DNA of 64,000 nucleotides, from NCBI GenBank assembly GCA_029775855.1, contig JARVJZ010000002.1, positions 269,599 to 333,598 on the forward strand. The letters are read 5' to 3'. Of the stretch, positions 45,312 through 54,828 are shown piece by piece. How positions within the stretch are numbered: the first letter of the stretch is position 1; the number at the start of each line of letters is the position of its first letter. The stretch is from Nitrososphaeria archaeon (GTDB lineage Archaea > Thermoproteota > Nitrososphaeria > Nitrososphaerales > JAAOZN01). The translations under genes were made by a program, and so were the position numbers. The notes under the pieces were generated by a model, which saw only the letters and a program-made list of their open reading frames with translations, did not search any database and was not told where the DNA came from.

Positions 45312-45818
45312 TTGCTTCAACATACTGTAAAGCAACTAAGGGATCTAGTAATCGGTAAAAATGTTATAGCAATGTGCATAGGCAGCGACTTCGGTGACGA
45401 CATCGCTGGAACCCTATTTTACAAATTAACCCACAAACATCTATCAAACATCAAAATCATATTTTGCGGCACTACTCCAGAGAAGTTTCTTACAGAAGTC
45501 AAAGGGCTAAAGCCTAACCTAGTGTTGATGATTAATGCCATAGACAGAAGTTTGAAGCCTGGTACAGTTGTTGTAGAAGATCTGCTTGAACAACATTCAG
45601 AATCGCTACTTGCACATAATTTACCGCTCTCGCTGATTGCTCACATCTTATCGTCAGAGCTCAATGACTGCCTCTTTAGGCTGATAGGTATACAAGCAGC
45701 AAAGGCTTATGGAAGCCCCTCCAAACCCGTTGTGCAGTCAGTTAAAAATTTAGCAAAAGTCATATTGGAGTTCGATAAATACGCTAAAGGAGGTTCATCT
45801 TTTGAGCAAAGGAGCTGA
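45312..45818 (+). CDS. Hydrogenase maturation protease (HycI-like)
   Basis: IG..FGDD.AG, GTTPE, HNLPL, IGIQ; start moved to TTG 45312. Confidence 0.82.
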   Translation: MLQHTVKQLRDLVIGKNVIAMCIGSDFGDDIAGTLFYKLTHKHLSNIKIIFCGTTPEKFLTEVKGLKPNLVLMINAIDRSLKPGTVVVEDLLEQHSESLLAHNLPLSLIAHILSSELNDCLFRLIGIQAAKAYGSPSKPVVQSVKNLAKVILEFDKYAKGGSSFEQRS

Positions 45819-46335
45819 AGGGTATACAAGAGCTCTCTTCCTCTTTGAGTTGTTCAAGGATGCCATGCAGGCTGAACACACTCTACGTAAAGCAGGATTC
45901 AACATTAAAACGGGTGCCCCCCCACCAGAGGTCAGAACAGGTTGTGATCTAGCTATCTCTGTACCAAGTCAAGACGTAAATGCTGCTGAAAAGGTTCTGA
46001 AAGAAAATGATATACCAATTCTTGACGTCGTATTCACATTTGAGGAGGAGCTACCACCACTCCAGCTCTCTCAACTCGTAAAGAGAGTCGACTTTGGAAA
46101 CTACTTGATGATACGTGTAGGAAACATGAAGCTGACCTTCGAAAAAAAGAGCGGCGTTATAGTAAACATTTCTGGTGGAGGATGTCCAGATATACCCCTC
46201 TTAGGGTTAAAGATGATAGGTAAGCCTCTAGATAAAGCTCCTCAACCAAATGAAGTAGGATATACACTGTGCGCCTACACGCTGCAAAAGGCATATGAAC
46301 ACGCGGTTGAAGCTTGGAAGAAGGTGAAAAAGTAG
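45802..46335 (+). CDS. DUF3343-family protein, copy 1
   Basis: AE..L, APPP..R.GCDLA, N.SGGGCPD.P, TLCA. Confidence 0.75.
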   Translation: MSKGAEGYTRALFLFELFKDAMQAEHTLRKAGFNIKTGAPPPEVRTGCDLAISVPSQDVNAAEKVLKENDIPILDVVFTFEEELPPLQLSQLVKRVDFGNYLMIRVGNMKLTFEKKSGVIVNISGGGCPDIPLLGLKMIGKPLDKAPQPNEVGYTLCAYTLQKAYEHAVEAWKKVKK

Positions 46336-46336
46336 A

Positions 46337-47209
46337 ATGCTTCTACTCACAGGCACACTACCAATCGAAGAAAAGACTCTTTTAGTAGGCACGATAAAGT
46401 TTGACGGTAAGAGCCTCTATATAGGGAACAAAGTATTTGGGAACGAGATGGTTTCAATAGGTGCTACAGCAATGATGGCCGCAGCAGCAACAACCTGTGA
46501 AACGTTGCAACTAGAACCACCGCTAGCAGCCGTAGCTGGAGACTTAGGTCAAGGAGACGGGTCTACACTACTCTATACATATCTCACAGAAGACGCTTCA
46601 ACTACAGGAGCTTCAACCATAACTATGCACTATATTCTGCCAATACGTAAAGGCTTCATGGAGTTCATAGAAATGCTGGATTATTGGGAAAAGAGACCCT
46701 TTATGATAGCGGATGCTGGTAGCATGCTCATAGCAAAAGCAACAGGAAGTTGTAAAAAATTTGACCTCTTTACACCAGACGCTGGCGAGATATGTTTCTT
46801 AGCCGATCCTGAAGCTGGTCATCCTGCTTATGTTAAGAGCATGTTCTTCGCTATCGATACAACCGATGTTCCTTACCTTATTCAAGAAGCCTACAAATAT
46901 AATAATGCGCCACGCTATCTTCTAGTAAAAGGCCCAACAGACTTCATTGTGGATGAGGGGAAGATCATTTATACCATAAGTGAACCCAACATACCTGTCT
47001 TAGAACCTATCGGAGGAACTGGTGACACAATAACTGGAATACTGTCAGCCCTAATAGGTGGAGGCTACGACCCCATAAAAGCTTGTCTTATAGCTGCTAG
47101 AGCCAACCGCCTTGCAGGTCAGCTGGCTAACCCTACACCAGCTACACGCGTAGCCGAGATAATCAATTATATAGGTAAAGCGGTGAAGCAGGTTATAGAT
47201 TCCCTATAG
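46337..47209 (+). CDS. YjeF/ribokinase-like carbohydrate kinase family protein, copy 1
   Basis: GD.G.G.GS, HY.LP, ADAG, FTPD.GE, HPAY, LEPIGGTGD. Confidence 0.8.
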   Translation: MLLLTGTLPIEEKTLLVGTIKFDGKSLYIGNKVFGNEMVSIGATAMMAAAATTCETLQLEPPLAAVAGDLGQGDGSTLLYTYLTEDASTTGASTITMHYILPIRKGFMEFIEMLDYWEKRPFMIADAGSMLIAKATGSCKKFDLFTPDAGEICFLADPEAGHPAYVKSMFFAIDTTDVPYLIQEAYKYNNAPRYLLVKGPTDFIVDEGKIIYTISEPNIPVLEPIGGTGDTITGILSALIGGGYDPIKACLIAARANRLAGQLANPTPATRVAEIINYIGKAVKQVIDSL

Positions 47210-47210
47210 T

Positions 47211-47684
47211 GTGAGTGATATGGTAAAGGTTGATAAACTCACAGCAGGCTTCTTCACAGGGCTCTGGGCTGCAATAGCTCAAGCTTGGGTGGGTGTTCTA
47301 CCACCCTCAGCCTTCGGCATCTGCTTTATTAGCCATCCAAACGACCTTTTTAACTGGACGATCAACAAACTCTTCGGCACCTCTTTCTACGTCCACGACC
47401 CCTCAATCGACTTGCCTGTGCTCACAGTAATCGGTGTGCTGATTGGTGCCTCACTCGCAACAATCCAGCATAAAGAATTTAAGTTCAAGATGCCTAGAAA
47501 CCCTCTTGACCACTATATCAATGGGTTTATGGTTGCTGTCTTTGGGCTTCTGCTAGGCTACTGCTCTGTACACATCATAATGGGGTTAATGTATGGTAGC
47601 ATAATCGCGTTAACAGGCTTCGCAGCTATGATGGTAGGTGTCACTCTAGCTGTAAGATACATAAAATGGAGGGTTCGCAGATGA
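47211..47684 (+). CDS. YeeE/YedE sulfur/selenium transporter N-half, copy 1
   Basis: PP.A.GIC...H..D, LT..G.LIGA, GYC. Confidence 0.75.
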   Translation: MSDMVKVDKLTAGFFTGLWAAIAQAWVGVLPPSAFGICFISHPNDLFNWTINKLFGTSFYVHDPSIDLPVLTVIGVLIGASLATIQHKEFKFKMPRNPLDHYINGFMVAVFGLLLGYCSVHIIMGLMYGSIIALTGFAAMMVGVTLAVRYIKWRVRR

Positions 47685-48133
47685 CTCTGACAGTATCGTT
47701 GGCCACGCTTGTGGCGGGAATCGTAATAGGCTACCTTTGGCAGCGCTCAAGGTCATGCTCCATTTCAGGCTACAGAGACTTCTTCTTATTTAGAGACACG
47801 CTCTTTATGAGGACAATCATAGGCATGGCGTTGGGTGCGCTTATAGGTTACCTGCTCTTCTACAGATTCTCATCATTAATGTCAGATTTCCCCCTATACC
47901 TACATAATGAACCAGGCGCTAACTCGATACCTACATTAATTCTAGCAGCTATAGGCGGTTTAGGATATGCTTTCTTCTCAGTTCTAGCTGAAGGATGTCC
48001 ACTTAGACAGCATGTTAACGCTACTACTGGAAACGGAATGTCTATCTTTTATTTACTGGGATTTTATAGCGGTATTCTCTTTTTCTGGTTAGTCGTCAGT
48101 GAAATCGCAGCTCTTTTCTTACGATTATTTTAG
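47666..48133 (+). CDS. YeeE/YedE transporter C-half, copy 1
   Basis: QRSRSC...GYRD..LFRD, EGCPLRQHV.A..G. Confidence 0.8.
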   Translation: MEGSQMTLTVSLATLVAGIVIGYLWQRSRSCSISGYRDFFLFRDTLFMRTIIGMALGALIGYLLFYRFSSLMSDFPLYLHNEPGANSIPTLILAAIGGLGYAFFSVLAEGCPLRQHVNATTGNGMSIFYLLGFYSGILFFWLVVSEIAALFLRLF

Positions 48134-48220
48134 CTAAAGAATTAAATAAAATGATTTATATAGGATATTTCCATTATTTTAAGGAAAAAAATAAATATTA
48201 CTACAGATACTGCATAAAAT

Positions 48221-48742
48221 ATGTCCCAAAAATTTAGAATTAAATTTAGAATTAAAACATGGCAAGCCGGTTTTGTGGTTGGCCTGCTGTCAGCACTTGC
48301 GCAGTCGATCTATAACCTTATGCCTAAAGCTGTCGAAGGGGTAGCAGCGTATAAGTTAGCACCAGTTGCCTATGGTTTCTGTATGTTTTGTCACGTCAGG
48401 GATATAGTCAACTGGTTTATGAGGAGCTTCTTCTCCTTTATGACACCAGCACCAATATCAACGATAATCCCAGCGTTAACTATAGTTGGTCTTCTAATAG
48501 GTGCCTACATCTCCGCCCTTTCCACCAAGTCCTTTAATGTTCGTAAGACCATTAACCCCGGCCTCGCGTTCGTATATGGCATCTTAGTAGCATCCTTCGC
48601 AGCAATATTGGGAGCCTGCCCAATACGTATCGCTTTAAGAGCAGCATACATAGACATAATAGCCTTCGTAGGTATTGCCGGCATGATCATAGGAGCAATT
48701 GCTGCTTCAGAAATTCTACTGAAAAGAGCCGGAGGTGATTAG
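48221..48742 (+). CDS. YeeE/YedE transporter N-half, copy 2
   Basis: P.AYGFC..CH.RD, LT..G..IGA, GACPIR. Confidence 0.8.
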   Translation: MSQKFRIKFRIKTWQAGFVVGLLSALAQSIYNLMPKAVEGVAAYKLAPVAYGFCMFCHVRDIVNWFMRSFFSFMTPAPISTIIPALTIVGLLIGAYISALSTKSFNVRKTINPGLAFVYGILVASFAAILGACPIRIALRAAYIDIIAFVGIAGMIIGAIAASEILLKRAGGD

Positions 48743-48744
48743 GG

Positions 48745-49212
48745 ATGGTGTATGCATTCGCTGTAGCAACGTTAATTATAGGTCTTATAGCTGGCTTCCT
48801 TTTCCAAAGAACTGGACAGTGCTTCATCGGCGCATATAGAGACCTATACCTATTCAAAGATACACACCTTCTAAAGGGTGTTGTCGGCTTCTTTATCGGC
48901 GCACTAATAGGATACATAATACTAAAGATAGTGGCAGAGCCTTTTACAGCAGCCAACTTTCCATGGGCATTCTACAACACATTAGCCGCAATACCAGGTA
49001 GCATAGTTAAAGCGAAGGATCTACTATCAATTCTCATCGTAGCCATAGTAGGAGGATTCGGGATAGGGTTCTTCTCGACAGCTATGGGAGGATGCCCAAT
49101 GCGAAACCACGTTATGGCAGCAGAAGGTAATCTAAGTTCTGTAGCATATGTAATAGGTTTCTGGGTAGGCATACCAATAATATATTTGATCATCAACGCA
49201 TTAGGCATCTAA
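48745..49212 (+). CDS. YeeE/YedE transporter C-half, copy 2
   Basis: QRTGQCFIGAYRD..LFKD, GGCPMRNHV.A.EGN. Confidence 0.82.
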   Translation: MVYAFAVATLIIGLIAGFLFQRTGQCFIGAYRDLYLFKDTHLLKGVVGFFIGALIGYIILKIVAEPFTAANFPWAFYNTLAAIPGSIVKAKDLLSILIVAIVGGFGIGFFSTAMGGCPMRNHVMAAEGNLSSVAYVIGFWVGIPIIYLIINALGI

Positions 49213-49249
49213 AATAGTAGGTGATAGAAGCAGCCGCGGTGCAAGGCTG

Positions 49250-49771
49250 ATGAGCGCACGAGGGTTAATCACATTCGAAGAAGTTAGACAAGCATTCAAA
49301 GCAGAATCAGTACTAAAAAAAGCAAAACACGACGCAAAGCTTGTAGTCCCCCCTCCAGAGTTCCGGAAAGGTTGTGACTTGGCTGTAGAGTTCAACATAA
49401 ATGAATTGGTAAATATAAAGCGTACACTCGCAACCAACAAAATAAAATACTCTGACATAATCTCAATAGATGCGGCTACAACTAAGACACTTGAAGTAGT
49501 CAAAGTCTTCGACTTCGGCGACTCAATTATGGTAAGGTGTGGAGCGCTGAAAATAACATTCGAAAAAGGAACTGGTCTAATACGTAACATATCAGGCGGA
49601 GGGTGTCCAGATGTACCATATCTTTACATAGAGCTTGTCGGCAAGAAACTTACAGAAGCACCTAAACCAAGGGATATAGGCTTCACCCTCTGCGCTTTAT
49701 GCCTTGATAGAGCTTATGAGGAGGCTGTAAAACTCTATGAGTCTAGTCATAGTGGGCACAGTACCAATTAA
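49250..49771 (+). CDS. DUF3343-family protein, copy 2
   Basis: AESVLK, PPP..RKGCDLA, NISGGGCPDVP, TLCA. Confidence 0.75.
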   Translation: MSARGLITFEEVRQAFKAESVLKKAKHDAKLVVPPPEFRKGCDLAVEFNINELVNIKRTLATNKIKYSDIISIDAATTKTLEVVKVFDFGDSIMVRCGALKITFEKGTGLIRNISGGGCPDVPYLYIELVGKKLTEAPKPRDIGFTLCALCLDRAYEEAVKLYESSHSGHSTN

Positions 49772-50591
49772 AGACTTTCCGCTTTACGTAGGCACACCAA
49801 AGGTCGAAGGGAACTATCTACTTCTAGATGGGTATAAAGTGCCTTGTGGTATGGGAACAGCAGCCCTATTTTTCACAGCTAACTTGGTTTGCCAAACACT
49901 AAATCTAACTCCTCCTATTTGGGTTACAGCCGGAGACATAGGTGACTCTAGTGGAAGTAGAATCCTATATCAACACCTAGCGAGTAACATCCAAAACATC
50001 AAGCCTAAAGTTCTTACTCTCCATTACCTTCTCCCCATCACCTTGTTAGCTAAGAATATGATGGAATCAATAAGAAAAGTGAAGCCAATGTTGATAGCAG
50101 ACGCAGGCTCAATGTATGTTATGAAGTCCATAGGAGCAGCCAAAGAGTTCGACCTCTTTACCCCAGATCCAGGAGAGATGGCGTTTTTAGCAGACCCTAA
50201 AGCCATACACCCTGCATATATGCAACACTACCTATTCGAATTAGACACAGCCAATATGCCGTCTCTTATCGAGCAAGCCTATAAACAAGGTAACGTGCCT
50301 AAAGTTCTGCTGGTGAAGGGTGCAATTGACTACATAGTAAAGGAAGGCAAGATACTTGCTGTTATAGATGAACCAAACATACCAGCGCTTGAACCTATAG
50401 GTGGAACAGGCGACACCATAACAGGAACCGTATCAGCTCTAATTTATAGCGGTTTAGAAGTTGAGAAAGCAGCTATAATCGCTGCTAAAACCAATAGATT
50501 AGCCGGCAAACTCGCTAATCCAACGACAGCAACACGTGTCTTAGATATTGCTCTGCAGATCCCTAAAGCTTTGGTGCAGTGTCTTCAATAG
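49737..50591 (+). CDS. YjeF/ribokinase-like carbohydrate kinase family protein, copy 2
   Basis: GDIG...GS, HYLLP, ADAG.MY, FTPD.GE, HPAY, LEPIGGTGD. Confidence 0.8.
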   Translation: MSLVIVGTVPIKDFPLYVGTPKVEGNYLLLDGYKVPCGMGTAALFFTANLVCQTLNLTPPIWVTAGDIGDSSGSRILYQHLASNIQNIKPKVLTLHYLLPITLLAKNMMESIRKVKPMLIADAGSMYVMKSIGAAKEFDLFTPDPGEMAFLADPKAIHPAYMQHYLFELDTANMPSLIEQAYKQGNVPKVLLVKGAIDYIVKEGKILAVIDEPNIPALEPIGGTGDTITGTVSALIYSGLEVEKAAIIAAKTNRLAGKLANPTTATRVLDIALQIPKALVQCLQ

Positions 50592-50599
50592 TTGCTTTA

Positions 50600-51082
50600 T
50601 TAAACCCTATCTTCACTTTTTTCTTTACTTTCGGTCTGCTGCTGTGTGTAATCTTCTAATATCAGCTGCTTCTTTTCGTAGTCGATGACGACTGCTTTGA
50701 GTTTGCTTAGGAAGGTGTGACCTAAAATCACATCCACACCCGTTTCCATCGGTATATCGTGAGGTAGTGCTAACACATCCTTAACAACTAAGTCAGCGAC
50801 CCTTATCTCATTTATCATAATGTCTAACACTTCTATAGGGCCGGCTATAGTGTACGCGAGCATCATTCCAAACTCTTCCGATAAGCCAACTAATGTTTCC
50901 CTGAATCCCGGCTCATAGCCTAAGTGAAGTGCATCAACCTTGGGTATTATGACGTATTGTGCTGCAGGGTCTATGACTGCACGGAGTTCTCTTTGCTTAC
51001 CGTTCTTGCCAACCACTTTGACAAATAATGTTGGGATGTCCTTAAACGGTATTACGATCTTAGTCATAGTATCAGCAACCAC
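50600..51082 (-). CDS. Retropepsin-like (clan AA) aspartyl protease
   Basis: AVIDPAA (D-T-G-A variant), LG, ILG..FL. Confidence 0.7.
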   Translation of the reverse strand: MVADTMTKIVIPFKDIPTLFVKVVGKNGKQRELRAVIDPAAQYVIIPKVDALHLGYEPGFRETLVGLSEEFGMMLAYTIAGPIEVLDIMINEIRVADLVVKDVLALPHDIPMETGVDVILGHTFLSKLKAVVIDYEKKQLILEDYTQQQTESKEKSEDRV

Positions 51083-51276
51083 CCCTCTTGAATTACGTCT
51101 TTTGCGCAGAGAAAGCAGACATCCTGCTCATTAAGAGTCTTTTCCCTGACAGCGAGTCTATGTGGACCCACACACAACATTTCAAAGTCGATAGGCTGAC
51201 CATTTTCGTCTCTTTTTAACACACGAGCAGCAACCCAAAGATTTGGATACTTTTCCCTGAGCTCTTTTAGATCCAT
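51064..51276 (-). CDS. Small DUF5678-like protein
   Basis: L.EKYPN.WVA; overlaps the protease gene. Confidence 0.6.
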   Translation of the reverse strand: MDLKELREKYPNLWVAARVLKRDENGQPIDFEMLCVGPHRLAVREKTLNEQDVCFLCAKDVIQEGWLLIL

Positions 51277-51384
51277 AAGGCTTGCTGAAGAAAAAGCGTG
51301 TTATATATTTTTCCTTAGACTACAGGAACGTTCTCTATTTCAACAAGATTTTCTGTAAAAAAGCATCAACATTCTAATAGCTGC

Positions 51385-51816
51385 TTATACGCGTAAATTA
51401 GTGTATACAAGTGTATGCTGGTTTACTTCTTCTATGTAATCAGCGGTTTGGCGTATTTCTTCATATACTTCTCTTACACCGACTCGACTCATCTTCCTCT
51501 TGAGTAAGCCGAGTGCTACAAGCGCTGCACCTATTACATCTGAGATGGTTGGATCTGGGAACGCTATTAAAGCAACACCTATTGCTATTAATGTTGTGCC
51601 GCTTCTTTTATAGGCTCCTTTTCCTATAAGTGGTTTTAGGCTTCTGGTTGTGGATGCTGCTTCAACCATAGTTCTGCCTACTTCAAGGTATGTTGCTGCC
51701 CTTCTTTGGATGTGTGCTGCGAGGTTAGCTGCTGCTTTAGGTGTCAGCATATATTCTAGTTTAGCCTTTTCTGATTTATTGGGTTCTTTGTCAATTTTTT
51801 TGATGTTGGTAATCAA
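51385..51816 (-). CDS. Hypothetical membrane-hairpin protein
   Basis: G..LIA.PDP..SD.IG..L...G. Confidence 0.6.
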   Translation of the reverse strand: MITNIKKIDKEPNKSEKAKLEYMLTPKAAANLAAHIQRRAATYLEVGRTMVEAASTTRSLKPLIGKGAYKRSGTTLIAIGVALIAFPDPTISDVIGAALVALGLLKRKMSRVGVREVYEEIRQTADYIEEVNQHTLVYTNLRV

Positions 51817-51827
51817 ATGTGAGCCGC

Positions 51828-52787
51828 TTAGCTGAAGGCTTCTTTTAGAGCGAATTTGAAGGATAGTTTAGAGAGGTAGGATGGTTCTCGAAAGCAGTTA
51901 GCTAAGCAGAGATCACAGTTGAACCTCTTAAAATCCTCTTCATCGTCAAATATGTTGAACAGTTTTCGCCTTATGAAACATGGGTAGACATCTCCAAACC
52001 AATCTATGTACACCACAGTGTACCCAGCTAAGCAAGGGTAAGTTGTAGGCTTGTTTTCTGTGTGGCGTATAGCGTCCTCTATGTATGCTAATGTATTAGT
52101 TATGGTTCCCAAACGGCTCTTCTTCAAATATAATATGGTATATAGAGCATTCAGCAGATTCGTTTGCATCTGCCTCTCGAGTTTTAATGTGAAGGAGTTT
52201 TTAGCGACTGTAGGGTAGCAGAAGCCCCAAGGCAAAGCTAACTTAAAGTTAACATATTTGATTAGCTTCTCTACACCATCTCTAGTAATCTCTGGACCTA
52301 AGTAGGTGAGGGCATAGGGTCTTAGACCTAAAGTGTTTGCATATATAAGGCTCTTTATTTGTTTGGGCATTATTTGTTTGACTCCTCTTATGGCTTCACA
52401 CCGCTGTGGGTCGTAGTGGTCTAGTGAAATGCTTATGCTTTGAAGCCCACTTTGTCTTAACCTCTCCATAGTCTTTGGTGGTGCGGTGCCGTTGCTCGTC
52501 ATTGTGGTTATGAGCCCCTTAGAGGAAGCGTAGCCCACTATTTCAGCTATATCTGGATGTAGGGTTGGCTCACCTCCAGTTAAGTAGAGTATTAGGAAGC
52601 GGTTTTTAACCAAGAAGTCAATCACTTGCTTAGCGTCAGACAAAGAGATGTGCTGCTTAGGCTTCTCCCACATGCCGCACATAACACATCTACAGTTACA
52701 TCTAGGTGTGACTGCAAACACAGCTGTTCTTCTATATCCTCTTAGGAAGTTTATGACGTTCTTTGGTTTGATGTCTGCTAAATACAC
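51828..52787 (-). CDS. Radical SAM protein with C-terminal Cys-rich (SPASM/twitch-like) domain
   Basis: CNCRCVMC, TGGEP, SNG, C.AG...D..G.VYPC, C..C...C. Confidence 0.9.
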   Translation of the reverse strand: MYLADIKPKNVINFLRGYRRTAVFAVTPRCNCRCVMCGMWEKPKQHISLSDAKQVIDFLVKNRFLILYLTGGEPTLHPDIAEIVGYASSKGLITTMTSNGTAPPKTMERLRQSGLQSISISLDHYDPQRCEAIRGVKQIMPKQIKSLIYANTLGLRPYALTYLGPEITRDGVEKLIKYVNFKLALPWGFCYPTVAKNSFTLKLERQMQTNLLNALYTILYLKKSRLGTITNTLAYIEDAIRHTENKPTTYPCLAGYTVVYIDWFGDVYPCFIRRKLFNIFDDEEDFKRFNCDLCLANCFREPSYLSKLSFKFALKEAFS

Positions 52788-52846
52788 TTAGATCAATATA
52801 CTATTAGGTTCAATCTGGATATAATTGTATCTAGTAGGCTTAGGTG

Positions 52847-53545
52847 TTATCCTTTAGGTTCTTTACTCTGTAGCCTTAAAAGTGGTAAGCGTATCCAAGT
52901 TAAGGGTGTTAGTCTTTTAACAAGGGCTTCTTCAATGACATATGAGAGTGGTATTGTGTATGCTGCGACGAGAGAGTTAAATAAGATGAGCGATACTACC
53001 CAGCTTCTAAGTAGCAGAGGGTTACTCCAGAGCGGTATATTAAATCCTAGAGGTGGGGGGAGAGGCAGCATAACAAGCATCAAAGGAACCATAACCCCAA
53101 CCCTAACCACTATTCCTCCTAGCGTAGATGTTAATACGCTACCTTTAAGGTTGAACCTTCTGCTTCGCGAATAGATCTTATTGGCTAACGTCATCCCAAG
53201 AAGCATGCTTGAAAAGGCTATGAAATTATACACTTGACCAGTTGGATTGCTCCCTATCATCAAACCTATCGCCAAAACTACCGCGCCAGCGCTGAACCCA
53301 ACAGTAGGTCCATAGAGCAGTAGCCCCAGCGCTACAGGAATCTCCCAGATCTCCAGCTTTAAAGCCGGCATAAGAGGGAAAGGTAAGCTCAAGACTTTGC
53401 TCTGAAGCCTTATTACTGCTGCCACTGCTGCGAAGACAGCTATAGCGGCTAGCCTTCTTGTTCTGCTGAATCTAAGCTCATCATTAATTAAGCTCATTCC
53501 AGTCATTATAGGGTTAGTTGAACTATTATTTATGCTTAGTGTCAT
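52847..53545 (-). CDS. ECF transporter S-component
   Basis: A.A..AA.A, PFP..P.L...WEIP...LL.GP..G. Confidence 0.8.
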   Translation of the reverse strand: MTLSINNSSTNPIMTGMSLINDELRFSRTRRLAAIAVFAAVAAVIRLQSKVLSLPFPLMPALKLEIWEIPVALGLLLYGPTVGFSAGAVVLAIGLMIGSNPTGQVYNFIAFSSMLLGMTLANKIYSRSRRFNLKGSVLTSTLGGIVVRVGVMVPLMLVMLPLPPPLGFNIPLWSNPLLLRSWVVSLILFNSLVAAYTIPLSYVIEEALVKRLTPLTWIRLPLLRLQSKEPKG

Positions 53546-53593
53546 AATAAATTTATCTAGGTGATTTCTATTCTGCTTCTTAATATAACTAAT

Positions 53594-54730
53594 TTAGGGC
53601 TTCTTCCAGCTTAGTGGTGAAACATCCACTAGGCTCTTTAGAACATTATTTTTGAAGTTGTTGGCTACTTCAGTGAAACCTATGCTCTGATAATCTTCTA
53701 TAAGTCCTTTATCAGCTAATTCGGTCATCTTGGGGTCAAGGGGGATTACGCCGAGAAAGGGTATGTTAAATTTCTTCGCAGCCTTTTCACCCTTAGGCTC
53801 GCCAAATAGGTTGATTTTGCCGCCGCAGTGTGGGCAGATCAAGTAACCCATGTTTTCTATGAGCCCAAGCACTGGCACCTTTATGGATCTAGCCATATTA
53901 ACTGCTTTAGCAACTATCATTAACGCCAAGTCTTGTGGTGTGGAGACGACGACAACGCCATCTATAGGAATAGATTGGTAAACTGTAAGGGGTGCATCGC
54001 TTGTGCCTGGTGGTAGGTCGATTATTAAGAAGTGTAAATCTCCCCAGTCTACTTCAGAGTATAGCTGCTTTATCACATTACTTACTATTGGCCCCCTCCA
54101 GACTACAGCTTGCTCTGGGTCGTCTAAGAGTAGGTTTACTGAGATGGCTTTTATTCCGCTTTTTGTTGTAGGTGGTAGTATTCCGTTTTGGCTTATTCTG
54201 GGTCTGTCGGTTAGGTTAAAGAGCTTAGCTATACTTGGACCAGTGACATCTGCGTCTAATACACCTACTTCGTAGCCCATTCTTCTGAGTTCGGTTGCAA
54301 GTAGGGCTGAGACAGATGATTTACCTACTCCGCCTTTGCCTGAAACTACAGCTATAATGTGTGCTATGTTCTTCTTATCTAGCTTCTCTATACCCGTGGT
54401 GGCTGCTTTTTTACCGAACTTCTGCTGAAGTTTCTCCTTGAGCCTATCTAGCTCCTCTTTGCTCATTGATGTAGTCTCAACCGAAACTGCTTTAACACCA
54501 TTTAGCTTCTTTACATTCTTCTCGACATCGCTTTTGATGGTGTTGGCTAGAGGGCAGCTCGGCACAGTAAGAGCAATCAGTATCTTGACGACACCATCCT
54601 CTACTTTAATGTCTCTTACCATTCCTAGCTCAACTATGTTTAAGCCTATCTCAGGGTCAACTACTTCAGAAAGCGCTTCCAAGATCTTACTCTTAGTTAA
54701 CATTGAGATTTCATTGTAAAAAGGGGTCAT
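53594..54730 (-). CDS. mrp: Mrp/ApbC/NBP35 Fe-S carrier ATPase with N-terminal DUF59
   Basis: V.DPEI..NIVELG, CP, GKGGVGKS, WRGP, DLPPGTSD, ENM...CPHC. Confidence 0.94.
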   Translation of the reverse strand: MTPFYNEISMLTKSKILEALSEVVDPEIGLNIVELGMVRDIKVEDGVVKILIALTVPSCPLANTIKSDVEKNVKKLNGVKAVSVETTSMSKEELDRLKEKLQQKFGKKAATTGIEKLDKKNIAHIIAVVSGKGGVGKSSVSALLATELRRMGYEVGVLDADVTGPSIAKLFNLTDRPRISQNGILPPTTKSGIKAISVNLLLDDPEQAVVWRGPIVSNVIKQLYSEVDWGDLHFLIIDLPPGTSDAPLTVYQSIPIDGVVVVSTPQDLALMIVAKAVNMARSIKVPVLGLIENMGYLICPHCGGKINLFGEPKGEKAAKKFNIPFLGVIPLDPKMTELADKGLIEDYQSIGFTEVANNFKNNVLKSLVDVSPLSWKKP

Positions 54731-54828
54731 AAGCTCAATATAAAATTATTTTGCAAATTTCACGCCTTTCAACGTGAGGTAGGTGCAGACACATTTTTAG
54801 GCTACGCTAAACACACATCCTTATAGTC

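Noticed and set aside
48230-48253. 12-bp tandem duplication AAATTTAGAATT (KFRI-KFRI)
   Set aside because: Single in-frame slippage at an N-terminus; no evidence of function.
42199-50591. Selenocysteine recoding in the hydrogenase or YedE cassette
   Set aside because: All motif positions are Cys codons (e.g. DPCISC); no in-frame TGA at a motif position seen.
53594-54730. ParA-like ATPase as the motor for the palindrome system
   Set aside because: DUF59 domain, WRGP and CPHC motifs identify it as an Mrp/NBP35 Fe-S carrier.
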